A DNA stretch of 64,000 bases. It comes from the human T2T-CHM13v2.0 reference genome, Homo sapiens. Shown piece after piece: positions 31,442-44,269 of the stretch; the stretch's first letter is position 1, and every line of letters begins with the position of its first letter. The stretch lies in NCBI RefSeq assembly GCF_009914755.1, contig NC_060938.1; one strand, given 5' to 3'. The notes under the pieces are model-generated. The model had not been told where the DNA came from. It did not search any database and worked only from the letters and a program-made list of their open reading frames with translations. Made by a program: the position numbers and the translations under genes.

Positions 31442-31650
31442 CTCCAGGGTCGTTATCTTCTGCTGGGTGAGGTTGTTCGACACAGCGCACTTGGTGCCCA
31501 GCCAGCAGCGAAGGCTGCCAATGAAGATGCCAATGAGCTTCTGGAGCTGCCCGCGGCCCCTGCGCCACCCTCCGCTAATGCCGCATCACCCCCGCCACCA
31601 CCCTCCTTCTTCTCTCCCATCGCCTCTGCGCGCAGCGCCGCTCTATGCAG
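31442..31650 (-). pseudogene. KSR1: KSR1 (kinase suppressor of Ras 1) coding exon 1 pseudogene fragment
   Basis: Minus strand reads [33 protein letters not shown], frameshift, then [37 protein letters not shown]|gtaag, versus recalled KSR1 [77 protein letters not shown]. First ATG is CTG; ~25-bp frameshifting deletion near 31552. A paralogous fragment, not the functional gene. Confidence 0.93.
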
Positions 31651-31800
31651 GCCACAGAGGCCGAGGCAGGGAGCCCGGGGCGCCGGCGCCTAGGCAAAGA
31701 ACCCCCGAGCCAGGAGAGCTGTACCAGGAGCGCCCCTCGGCGCTGCCCTTGCCAGGACGCCAGTGGAGCTAGCAGCCGAGTCTGCCGCTCCTGCCCTCAG

Positions 31801-33570
31801 AGCCGCAGCACCGGGGGAAAAATCCTCCGCGGCGGGGGTAAAAATCCGCGGCGGTGGCAAAAAGCCACGGCGGCGGGGGCAAAAAGCAGCGGGAGTGGTG
31901 GCAAAAAAAAAAAACACAAAAAGCCGTGGCGGCGGGGGGAAAAAGCCATGGCGGCAAAAAGTCTCAGCGGCGGGGACAAAAAAACCGCGGAGGCGGGGGT
32001 AAAACGCCGCGGCATCGGGGGAAAAAGCCACGGCGGCGGGGGCTGATAGCTCCGGTGGCAAAAAGCCGCGGCGGCAAAAAGCTCGGGCGGTGGGGGAAAA
32101 AGCCGCGGCGGCGTGGGCAAAAAGCCGCAAAAAGTAGTGGCGGCGGGGGCAGAAAATCGCTGCGGTGGGGGCGAAAACCCGCGACTGGGGGAAAAAGCCG
32201 CGGCGGCGGGGTCAAAAAGCCGCGGCGGCGGGGACAAAAACGAGCGGCACGGAGCAAAAAGCCGCGGCGGTGGGCGCAAAAAGCCGCGTCCGTAAAACCC
32301 GCGGCGGTGGGGGAAAAAGCTGCAAAAAGCAGCGGCGACAGGTGCAAAAAGCCACGGTTGCGGGGGTAAAAATCCGCGGCGGCGGAGTCAAAAAGCCTCG
32401 GCGGCAAAAACCCGCGGTGGCGGGAGCAATAAGCCGCGGCGGCGGGGGCAAAAAGACGCGGCGGCCAAAAGCCGCGGCGGCGAGTAAAAAGCCGCGTCGG
32501 CAAAAGCCGCGGCGATGGGGGTAAAAAGCCGCGTTGGCAAAAACCGCGGTGGCGGGGAGCCAAAAGCCGCCGCGGCCAAAAAGCCGTGCCGGTGGCGGCG
32601 GCGGCAAAAAGCCGCGGCGTCGGGGGCGGGGGCAAAAAGCCGCGGCGGCGCGGGCCGAAAGCATCGGGGGCAAAAAAACACAAAAAGCCGCGGCGGGGGT
32701 GAAAAAAGCCGCGGTGGCAAAAAGCCTTGGCGGCCGGGGCAAAAAAGGCGTGGCGGTGGGCGCAAAAAGTCGTGGCAGTGAGGGTAAAAAGCCGCGTCGG
32801 CAAAACCCGCGGCGGCGGGGGAAAAAGGTGCAAAAAGCCGCAGCGATGGGGGCAAAAAGCCGCGATGGCGGGGGCAAACAGCCCCGGCGGCAAAAACCGG
32901 CGGCGGCGGGAGCAAAAAGCCACGGCAGCAAAAAGCCGTGGCGGCGGGGGCAAAAAGCCGCGGCAGCGGGGAGTAAAAAGCCGCAGTGATGGGGGTAAAA
33001 AGCCGCGTTGGCAAAAACCGCGGCGGCGGGGCGCAAAAAGCCGCGGAGGCGGGGAGCAAAAAGTCGCAGCGGCGGGGCGCAAAAAGCCGCGGCAGCGGGG
33101 GGTAAAAAGCCCTGTCGGCAAAAGCCGCGGCGGCGGGGACCAAAAGCCGCGGCGGCGGTGTCAAAAAGCCACGGCGGCGGGGAGCAAAAAGCCGCAAAAG
33201 CCGCGGCGGCGGGGGCAAAATACCGCGGCGGCAAAAAGCCCCGGCGGCGCGGGCAAAAAGCCGCGGTGGTGGGGGCAAAAACCATCTGGAGCGGGGGCAA
33301 AAAAAGCCGCGAGGGCGGCGGCGGCGGGAAAATGCAGCAAAAAGCCGCGGCGGCGGGGGGAAAAAGTCGCAAAAAACAGCGGCGGCTGGGGTAAAAAGCC
33401 ACGGCGTCAAAAAGCCTCGGCGGCGGGGGCAAAAAGCCGCGTTGTCAAAAGCGTGGCGGCGGGGGCCAAAAGCCGTGGCGGCGGGGACTGAAACCCACGG
33501 CGGCGGGGGCAAAATACCGCGGCGGCAAAAAGCCGTAAAAAGCCATGGCGGGGACAAAAAGCCGCAAAAA
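31801..33570. repeat. GC-rich tandem array (GGGGGCAAAAAGCCGCGGCGGC)n, the GCTTTTTGC-type pericentromeric repeat
   Basis: ~1.77 kb of 16-22 bp units with an A4-6 tract, CCGCGG core and G-run; sharp right junction at ...GCAAAAAGAGCCTTTTTAGGG. Confidence 0.95.
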
Positions 33571-36109
33571 GAGCCTTTTTAGGGAAAAGTGCAATTGCTA
33601 ACATCTGAATAGTATATTAAGGATGCCAATCTAAAATTTGCTAATAGCATCATATTTACAAAATAATAACTATTAACATGAGAAGGAATGTAATATTTAA
33701 TAATTAACATTATATTACAATTCTGGGAATTCTGATCAATGCAATAAAATATCAAGAAGAAATAATTCGAAAGAGGTGATAACATTATTTACAAATAGTA
33801 CAAGAATAAGGAACCTTAAAATGATCATTTTCTATAATTTATTATAGTAAATTGTTAAAGTCTACCTTAGGAAAGTAACACTAAGAGAAAATGTTAACAA
33901 AAATACCTTTGGAGTTATTTATGTTAACAAAATTTGGAAAAGCCTAAATATTTAGCTAGAAGGAAACGGTACATTGATATAGACTGGCATTAAACTTAGT
34001 TTCTTGATTTGATTAAACTTAGTTTCTATGAGACATTTGTATCATTCAAAGTTGTATGTATAGACACTGACTGAAACACAAACTGGGTCATAATATTGAA
34101 TATGTGATGTAATGGCAACCATGAAGAAAATATCAGAGAACCAAATGGAAGGAAAAGAACAGAACCTGAATAATGATTACCTTTGGACAGTGGGATCTTA
34201 GTTCCTTTTACTCTTCCTACTAATTTAAAATTTGCAAATTTATTACCTTGAGAATATGAGAATACGTTATATTTATAATTAGAAAACATAAAATGAGTGC
34301 TAAATAAACAAATATACCAAATTCTGTTTAGAATTCACTTCCCCAAGAAACTTTCTTTGATTAATCCCACTGGCATTGATCATTATTTTATATGGCACCC
34401 CCATACTTATGTATTCAGTTTCTACCAAATTAATTTTCATGTTTTAAAAAATCAATTTATAAGCATAATTATGGCATTTCTACATTTATATAGTGTAGTC
34501 TCCAAACTGAATTATAAGCTTGAGGATATGAGGAACCACAGTGTATTTCCAATTATATTTATACAATAAATCATGTGGTACTTTTCACAGAGTGAATGTT
34601 GTTAACTTACTGAAGACCTGACGAAACAGGGGAAAGATGGCAATGTCTGACAAGAGGAACAGACGTGAAATAAAATCCAACATTCTGTGTAATTCTTATT
34701 GTCTCTTAACCCTACTTGTTGAATTACGAAAACTTCATATACAAAAATTCGAGCATTATACTCTTTAGCTGTACATTATCATTTCAAAACAAACTTATAC
34801 ATGGCTCTCACTATTACAATAGTCTTCCCACTGTAAAAACTTTTAAGCTGTAACTTTCTGCCATTACTACGTTACCTTCGTATTAGTTTATGCCATACTT
34901 CTTTCTGAGTTTCTGTCAATATTCATCTGAGGTATTTTTGTGTAAAAATTAGATAGTAACAGGAAAATAGATAACTGCTTCCAATATGTAGAAGTCATTA
35001 CTACAGCTTTGCCTATTAACACATACACACTATTTCTTCATGTCCCAGATGTTCAGGTATATGGGAATGAAACAATGAGTTGGAACCTCTTGATTCAGTT
35101 ATTCTGGTGACAAACAATGTGTATAGCTCATTGACGATTGTTTAACCCTTGACAAAGTGGCTGCAATTGTTACTTGCAGATGTAGCCACACTTAATTTCT
35201 TTTCTCCACTCCCCACTGCATTGTATTTGTTATTCTTGATATCAGAAATGTGTTAAGAAATATGCCACTAACTGGGTGTGCTCCCTATACAATTAGCTAC
35301 AGAAAGAGGTGATAACTCATATTATTTACAAAGATTACAAGTATAAAGAACCTTAAAATAATCATTTTCTATAATTTGTTATCAATTGTTAAGTTTATTT
35401 TAACAATTATCAATTAGCTACAGAACACGAGTAGTGTTTCTTACTTTAGCCTGATGTAAACATGTGATGCGGTAATATAGTGAAGAATATTACTCACTTC
35501 AGGGGATAGGGCTTTGGTCAAGAATTTTGAGAAACTCTTGAAAAAGGAAAAGAAAACTCCCCGTGATAGTAATACAATTCCAAAAGCAAAAGGAGAAAAA
35601 ATGTAAATGTATTAAATCAAAAAATATTTTAAGGTAAGGCAAAAGTAGGTATAGAATGGTGAGTCACATACAAATTGTGAAAGTGAGTAATGGCCCAGAA
35701 ATCAAAGGAGAGGGAAAAATATGGTAGGTGAATATGGTTGCAATGCTAATTAAAAAAATGTTATTAGCAGCTAGCTCAATTCAAGCTTTGAATAAATAGA
35801 AAGAGTGTTTATAACAGTACGCTTAATCTACTGGTGATAATATTAAGATAATTGTTGAAATATACTTAAAAGAAGTTAGTGAAAGCAGAGAATGAAAGAC
35901 TATTGAACTTTTCTGGTTTATTGTGTAAAAATTTGCCTGTATCCAACATACAGGCACAAAAATAAAATACTGGAAATAGAGAGCAAATCTTGGCCATTCA
36001 AATGAGAGTCAGCTATTAATTCTTTGGCCATAGGCTGTACTCCTACAAGCAAACTACGGCTAAAATATGCGATTCAATACAGATACTCATTTTTCAAGTG
36101 TTTACAACC

Positions 36110-36791
<682 letters not shown>

Positions 36792-37840
36792 ACAAACCAA
36801 GGATGAATGTATGAGGCACCTGTCAAAATACACATTTGAAAAGATCAGAACGTCTGCAATGCCAAATGAATTACATTTGTAGAGGCAAATTCTAACAATG
36901 AAATGAGAAGAACTGCAAACAGAAGGAATCACAGAGAGAACCATTTAATTTTAACATTGAGGAAAAACTTTGAATGTGGGTTCCATCCAATTGTACAATA
37001 ACTCAATGTATACAGCATCAACACTTTTAAAACATTGAGATAAAATATTTTTGGATTTTATCAAATTTGATGTAATGCTAGAAGAAGAATTCATACTTTG
37101 AAGGGACTGTGATAAATTAAAGGATTTATTTAGTTCTGTTTGCACTTGCTACATGCTGTTTCCAATATGAATATTTTCACAAGATTTACATGTCTAATAC
37201 ATGAGTTGGCTCCTGACCTTGAAGCAATTGTTAGCAATAGATACACTGGTAAAAAAAATTATCTTCTGCTGTCCTGCATGACCATGGACATGGACATCTT
37301 AGTATTTATGTGTAATAAAAACTTTCAGTTCAGCTTAGTAAGTATTTATTGACAATGTGCTAATCATGAGGAGGACTGTGGATAAAGGTGGATGATAAAG
37401 ACAAATTTAAGTTGGGAAAACTACCACCACTACATCTACAAGGGCTGAAAGTATATACAAGTCAGAAGCACACAGAAATCACTGAACCACAAAGTAAATG
37501 GCCGTAAGTGCTGTTATATACCCAAAGCATGTCCTACTTATATAGTCCTTTAAATGTATAAATAATACATTAATTGTGACTGGGAAGGGAGAAAGTTTCT
37601 AGGAATAGTTCTTTAAAAAGTTGCATCAGTTTTGATTAATACATAGAAAGAGACTGTTACAGAAGAAGAGCTAGCTAACAGAAGACCTAGCATCATTTTA
37701 TTCTTGCACAGTATCAGGGAACCCAACAGTTTTGTCAGCAGTAGCTACTTTTAGTTTCCTTGGATACTTGAGATCATCTGGGAAGATTGTGGTAAGTAAG
37801 GCTGCTGATGAAGACTTTGATTAAGAAAGGATTTATCAGG

Positions 37841-39359
37841 AGCTGGGCACAGTCGCTCTTGCCTGTAATCCCAGCCATGTAGGAGGATGAGGCAGGAAGA
37901 CTGCTTAAATCCAGGAATTAGAGATTAACCTGGGCAATATAGCCAGACCACCTTCTCTACAAAAATAAAAAAACAATTAGATGGGCATTGTGGCACATGC
38001 CTGTGGCCCCAGCCATTGGGGAGACTGAGGTAAAAAGATCACTTGGGCCCAGGAGTTTGAGGCTACAATAGGCTGTGATTGTGATGGCAGTGGCTGCTGC
38101 CATCATGCCAGATGCAGGGGAGAGGTGTGGCCGGGGTTGTATGCTCCCTGGATTTGGCAGGATGAGGACAAGTGGGAGCCCTGCCCTTCCGAGTTGGAAT
38201 GGGAGCTCCCTGGGTGCTGCTGCAGCTGCCCAAACTGCAGCTGTAGCTGTAGACCTGGACCTCCCACTCCATGGAGCAGACGGGAGTTTATCCAACTCCC
38301 CTACTCTGTCCCCACCCCAGCCCACCACCCAGCCACCCAAACCAATGCTGCAGACTCAGGCAACCCTGCACTCTTGGGGAGCCTGGGAACGCCCCCCTTG
38401 CCCCTTGCAGGCTTGGAGGCACCTCTTCCTGCTGCCTGGTCTCTCCCACCTCCTGGCTCTGTGCTCTGATCATAGAGTGGGGTTGGGACCCAGCAGGGTG
38501 CTGTCACTGCCCAGCCAGGTGTGCACAAATTGGAAGCAGTGCTGACATGCCAGTCCCCTGCCACCTCAGCCCCTTCTGGACTTTGGACACTGAGAAGCAG
38601 GAGCATGGGAGGGGAAGATGAGGGGGTCCGAGGGTGGCTTGGCACTGGCCTGCAAGTGCCCCTTGATGCCAGCAGCCTGGGTGCCATGAATGGTTGTGGG
38701 AGGCAGACAGGCTCCTGGGTGGAAGGTGATGGGTCCCCAGTGAAGCCCCACCTGCAGGCTAGGCTGCCAGTCCTGCAGACTGGAGGCAAAACTCATGGTG
38801 CTTTTCCCTGGGCCCGCCCATGGCTGCCCATGGACCAATGGGCATACATTTACTCCCCTCTGACATCCATAAAAGCCCAGGACTCAGCCAGAACAGGGCA
38901 GAAGACAGAAGAGGGAAGATTAGAGGCAGGAAGGAGCTATCCTTTCTGCTGATAGCTGGAGACAATGGGAGGGCCAGCTGTTTTCTCTGCTGAATGCTTC
39001 AGAGACCTGCAGAGATGTCTGGGAACTACCAGCTGCAGACAGGAGCAAACCTCTCCAGGGTTTCCCTTTCTCCTGAGAGCTGAACACTTGACAGAACAAC
39101 CTAGAGAGGAGCTACCCACTATGGGTCTCCTCTGAGCTGTTCTAACACCTAATAAAGCTCCTCTCCTTTAACCCTTCACTTGTCTACCTACACCATTCTT
39201 CCTGGAAGCAGGACAAGAACTCGGGCAAAGATGCCACCAACCACAGTTTCCAAACCAGAAAATCGACACCCCAAAGATTCCGTAACAATTGCACAACTGC
39301 ACTCCAGCCTAGGTGACAGAGTGAGACCCTGACTCTTAAAAAAAAAGAAAAAAAAAAAG
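37841..39359 (+). mobile_element. AluJ split by MER52 (Alu parts 37841-38081 and 39288-39359)
   Basis: Right arm ...GAGGCTACAATAGGCTGTGATTG resumes after the LTR as ATTGCACAACTGCACTCCAGCCTAGGTGACAGAG plus A tail. Confidence 0.9.
38082..39287 (+). mobile_element. MER52 (ERV1) solo LTR
   Basis: TGATGGCAGTGGC...CATAAAAGCCC...AATAAAGCTCCTC...CCCCAAAGATTCCGTAACA; 4-bp TSD ATTG. Confidence 0.88.
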
Positions 39360-39914
39360 AAATTATCCACAATTTATTAGATAAGACTGTTAATAGCTTC
39401 TAATTGTGATACCTTCCCGTTTGAAATGGAAGGCATGGAAGTTAACACCAGGTCAGTTTTCCCAAAGTTATAACCCTGCTTTTGGCCTCTTTCAGCTCCA
39501 GTCAGACATTAGCAATGCTCAGTTACCTTCAATATTAAGCCGGTCCTGACATGAAACTGGCAGCATTTGAGAACACTGACCCAGACTTGAAGGTAGATCT
39601 GGAATTAGGATTGCTGCTTTAAGCCCAGTATCAAGGTATACAATGAACCATGAATTTCTCATAAACCAAATTTAGTGGATTTTTTCCTATAATTCTGAGG
39701 ATAACTTTGCCTTGATTATATATTAAAACAATTCATTTGCTGTATCTTCATTACTGTCCCAAATGTTTTGGGTTGACATACTGATGTTAGCTAGTGGTTT
39801 TGGTCTCAAGTTTCAGTAGCTGCTCCAATGTAAAATGATCACACATAAATCTTAGGTTTTTACTCATATGATACCTTGTCTGATACTATCTTTATCTATC
39901 AAATAAAGGGTTTA

Positions 39915-40270
39915 GTATTTTCTAAGTCAATGTGGGCTGCTATAACGGAAAACACAGATTGAGTGAGTAAAACAATAAACATTTGTTTTTCACAGATCCG
40001 TAGGCTGTAAATCTGAAATCAGGGAGTCAGCATGGTTGGGTTCTTGGTGAAGGTTGTCTTCCTGGTTTACAGATGGCTGTCTTATTTTATCCTCACATGG
40101 AGGAGAGAAAAATCTCTCTTGTATCTCTTTCTAGAAGGGCACTACTTTCCTTTGATGAGGGTTTCATCTTCATGACCTAATTACCTCCCAAAGGTTTACC
40201 TCCTAATACCAATACATTGAGAGTTAGGATTTCATCATATGAATTTGAGGGATTTGCAGTTCATAATAAC
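39915..40270 (-). mobile_element. MLT1A0-like MaLR LTR
   Basis: GGGCTGCTATAAC...CAGCATGGTTGGGTTCTTGGTGA...CATGACCTAATTACCTCCCAAAGG. Confidence 0.82.
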
Positions 40271-41834
40271 TACCAATGTCAACTCAGTTCAAGCTTGAAT
40301 TTGTTTTGCTTTGGGTGACAAATCTCTAACTAATTTGAATTCATCTTTCCCCAGTCTGGTTCAGTGTTGTCTTCTTTCTCCTTCACCACCAACAGTTAGC
40401 AAGATGTCAGTTTTACTTGAGGCTAAGTATGTTTTAGTTATCACAATAGAGAACCCTGTAAGCTATATCTTAGTTTCCCCTTTCATAATATTTTTCATTA
40501 TGGAAAAAATACATTCTAAACATTGTTCCTATTCTAAGAAACTTGGCTGCATCTTTGCAACAAAAATAATGTGGACATTTACCAAATACAGCTGTAGAGA
40601 AAGGTAAAATCATTGCTCTGAATTATTCATAAAATCACAGAAATTAGGGACAAACACTAAATAAGAATGAATTATTCAGTGACCCGAAACAGATATTTTC
40701 TTTAGTTTCTCATGTAATTTGAAATGTACCGCAATTTACATCCTGAGTGTTATAAACATATGATGTTTCTCTTTTAGTGAAAAGCACCCATCAGAACTTG
40801 TTAAACAAATGAGTTTTTTTCTCTTCCCATCTCTAAAAGCATTTTTGATACCTACACATCTACAAATATGTTTTAATAGACCTAAACTCTATATGATGTC
40901 ATTTTCCCCTTGAGTACCAGAATATATATTTAGTCCTGTAGAATTATTTAGCTCTCAGGTGCTGAGTTACTATTTCCCAGGAGTCGCATTGCCCAAAGTA
41001 CTGTGGACATTTTTCTCATTTTAAATTTCACCTCACATGGTCCTTTGGTTTTGTTACATTTTGTACCTGTTTTGATTGTTTTTTTTCCTCTCTATGAAAA
41101 TTACTTGCCAAGTAAGGAGAAAAAGTATTGCTGTTTTTCCTTATTCAAAAATTATGGTAGATGAAAAAAATCTGATTAAATAACTCTATTACAGTCTTTC
41201 TCAACTTTTTACTGAGATAAACTTGAAGGCACTGAAAAGGTGAAATTTTCAGCTATTGAAAATTTAGAATGTAGGACATCATGCCGAGATTTGAGGAAAC
41301 CTATCAATAATTTAGCAAGGGATGGTAGTAGATACACAAAAAGCAATTAGAAGCAAAAAGGCCTTGGATTCTTTTCATGTTAAAGAAAATACATTCTGAA
41401 AGTAAGTACAAAGACCCTTTGTATTTCCTTCATAACCTGTTCCCTAACAGAATACCAGGACCTATGCCAAGGGAAAAACTGTGTAGATGTGTTTTTCTCT
41501 TCTGGTGCTGATATGGTCATAGGATGGGGATGCTCTCTCTTTGCTATTTCTCTAACCAATCTTATTACTATATCAATTAATATCAAAACATTTCAAGTCT
41601 AGTTACTGACAAGAGAGTAAACTAGAGAGGACTCCTGACTCATAACAAGGATTCAGATCTAGAGTTCTCATAGAGTGAAGAGATTATGTTTGCAACTGAG
41701 AAACGAATGTAAAAACTGTAAGGAATCCCTGGAGAGTCTGAAAGTCCCTGAGCCCTGATACAGAGAGCAAATGGCAGTTTAAGGCTGACCACCTCTCATT
41801 CCCTCCACTATTTCTCACATAAGAATATTACAGT

Positions 41835-42395
41835 ACACTCTTCACTGCTCTCTCTGCTTCAAGCTTTCCCTTCCACCTCTCTATTCCACAGAGAAGGTAG
41901 AATGCTCCTCTTAAAATACAAGGTGGATTATTTTACTCATCTGCTTAAAAACTTTTCAATGGCTTCTCATCTCATTCTGAATAAAATTCAAAGTGCTTTC
42001 CAGGCTTACAAGTCCCTGTACGATCCTGAGCCTTGACAATATCTCTGACAAAATCTCCAGCCTCCCATTGGTCACTCCTGCTCTATCACAGTAGTGTACT
42101 TGCTGCTGTTTTGAAATATAGAAAGCATGATTTTACTTCAGTGTCTTTATCCTTGTTATTTTCTCTGCCTGCCTTTTTCTGTGTCTTGGGCATTCCATAT
42201 GACTCATCTCCTCATTCCCCTTAGTCCTTTTTCCATGTGGCATTTGAATACAGAAATCTTCACTATCTAAAATTATACTCCCATATCCATAACTTCTTTT
42301 ATTGCTCTAGATATCCTTACAGCATTTATCATTACCATTTATTAGCTTATTTGTCTTTCCTTACTAAAATGTAAACTAAATACAGACAGAAATTT
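41835..42395 (+). mobile_element. L2 3' fragment
   Basis: CTGCTTAAAAACTTTTCAATGGCTTCTCATCTCA...AATAAAATTCAAAG...TACTAAAATGTAAAC. Confidence 0.7.
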
Positions 42396-42759
42396 TTGTA
42401 ATTAAAAAACACATAACAAAAAAATCTACCATCTTAACAAAATTTTAAGTTTGCAGAACATTTTGTTAATGATATACACATTGTTGTACAGCAGAAATCT
42501 AGAATGTTTTTATCTTGCTTGACTGAAACTCTACACCTGGTGAACAGCAACTCCAGATTTCCTGTTTCCTCCAGGCCCTGACAACTACCATTTTATCTTG
42601 TGTTTCCATGTGTTTGGCTACTTTCAATACATCATATAAATGGAATCACGATATATTTGTGTTTGTGTCTGGCTTATTTCACTTAGCACAATATCCTTAA
42701 GATTGATACATGTTGAAATAAGACAGAATTTTCCTTTTGAAGGCTTACTAATATTCCAT

Positions 42760-42890
42760 TCTGTGTGTGTATGTATATATACACATAAATATACCATATA
42801 TATACACCATACATATATATGCCATACTATATTTATCATACATATATATATACACCATACATATATATACCATACATATATATACCATAC

Positions 42891-42923
<33 letters not shown>

Positions 42924-42932
42924 TATATACCA
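42760..42932. repeat. Complex (TA)-rich mini/microsatellite (TATACCATACATATA)n inside the L1 3'UTR
   Basis: Repeated TACCATACATATATA units with TA/CA runs. Confidence 0.9.
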
Positions 42933-43520
42933 TATTTTCTTCATCTGTTCATTTGATGATGGACTTTTAGATTGTTTCTACTTTTTGGCTATTGTGAATA
43001 ATTCTGTAATGAATATGGGAATGCAAATATCACTTCAAGATCTTGTTTTCAATTATTTTGGAATTATTCAATTATTTTGGAAAAATGCCTACAAGTGGGA
43101 TTGCTGCATCATATGGTAGGTCTATTTTTTAATGTTTTGAGGACCCTCCATACTGTTTTCCATAGTGGCTCTACCATTTTACATTCCTACTGACAGTACA
43201 TAAGGTTCTAATTCAATTTCTCCACATCTTCATCAACACTTGCTATTTTCTTTTTTTAAAATGGTCATACAGTTATGAGGTGATAAATCCCGTTGTGATT
43301 TTAATTAGCATTTCCCTGATGATTAATGATGTTGAGTATCTTTTTATATCCCTGTTGGTCATTTGCATGTCTTCCTGAAAAATATCTATTTAAGAATTTG
43401 GCCATTTTAAAATTGGGTTATGTGTTTATTTGCTTTTGAGTTCTAGGTGTTTCTTATATATTTTGGATATTAAGCCCTTAGCACATATACGGTTTTCAAA
43501 TATTTTCTCCAATTCTATAG

Positions 43521-44269
<749 letters not shown>

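Larger units (their letters stand above)
28678..31810 (-). other. Duplicated genomic segment of the KSR1 5' end (5' flank, exon 1, probable start of intron 1)
   Basis: KSR1 exon 1 with intact GTAAG donor followed by intron-like DNA with old MIR, MER30, FLAM and Alu. Unprocessed copy. Left extent inferred from the array junction. Confidence 0.7.
31340..33570. promoter_or_regulatory. CpG-island-like region (KSR1 exon-1 copy fused to GC-rich array)
   Basis: Very high GC and CpG density against an otherwise CpG-depleted AT-rich window. Activity not demonstrable from sequence. Confidence 0.5.

Noticed and set aside
31442-31650. That this is the functional KSR1 gene
   Set aside because: The start codon is lost, there is a frameshift and several substitutions, the upstream region is replaced by satellite, and the intron ends at the CATTT array.
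31059-31772. 237-aa plus-strand ORF
   Set aside because: It is the antisense of the GC-rich KSR1 exon-1/intron copy, lacks an ATG start and resembles no protein I recognise.
31801-33570. CRISPR-like or other repeat-spacer array
   Set aside because: There are no unique spacers or constant repeat length, and the context is primate DNA. It is a degenerate tandem satellite.
31645-33604. Many overlapping 130-406 aa ORFs rich in KKPRRR, AAAA, PPPRLF and CRRGF
   Set aside because: They are open in nearly all six frames because the repeat unit lacks stop codons. The peptides only mirror the unit, and nothing indicates coding.
37957-39119. Cluster of 110-160 aa ORFs
   Set aside because: They lie in the GC-rich MER52 LTR and adjoining Alu, with no gag/pol/env similarity.
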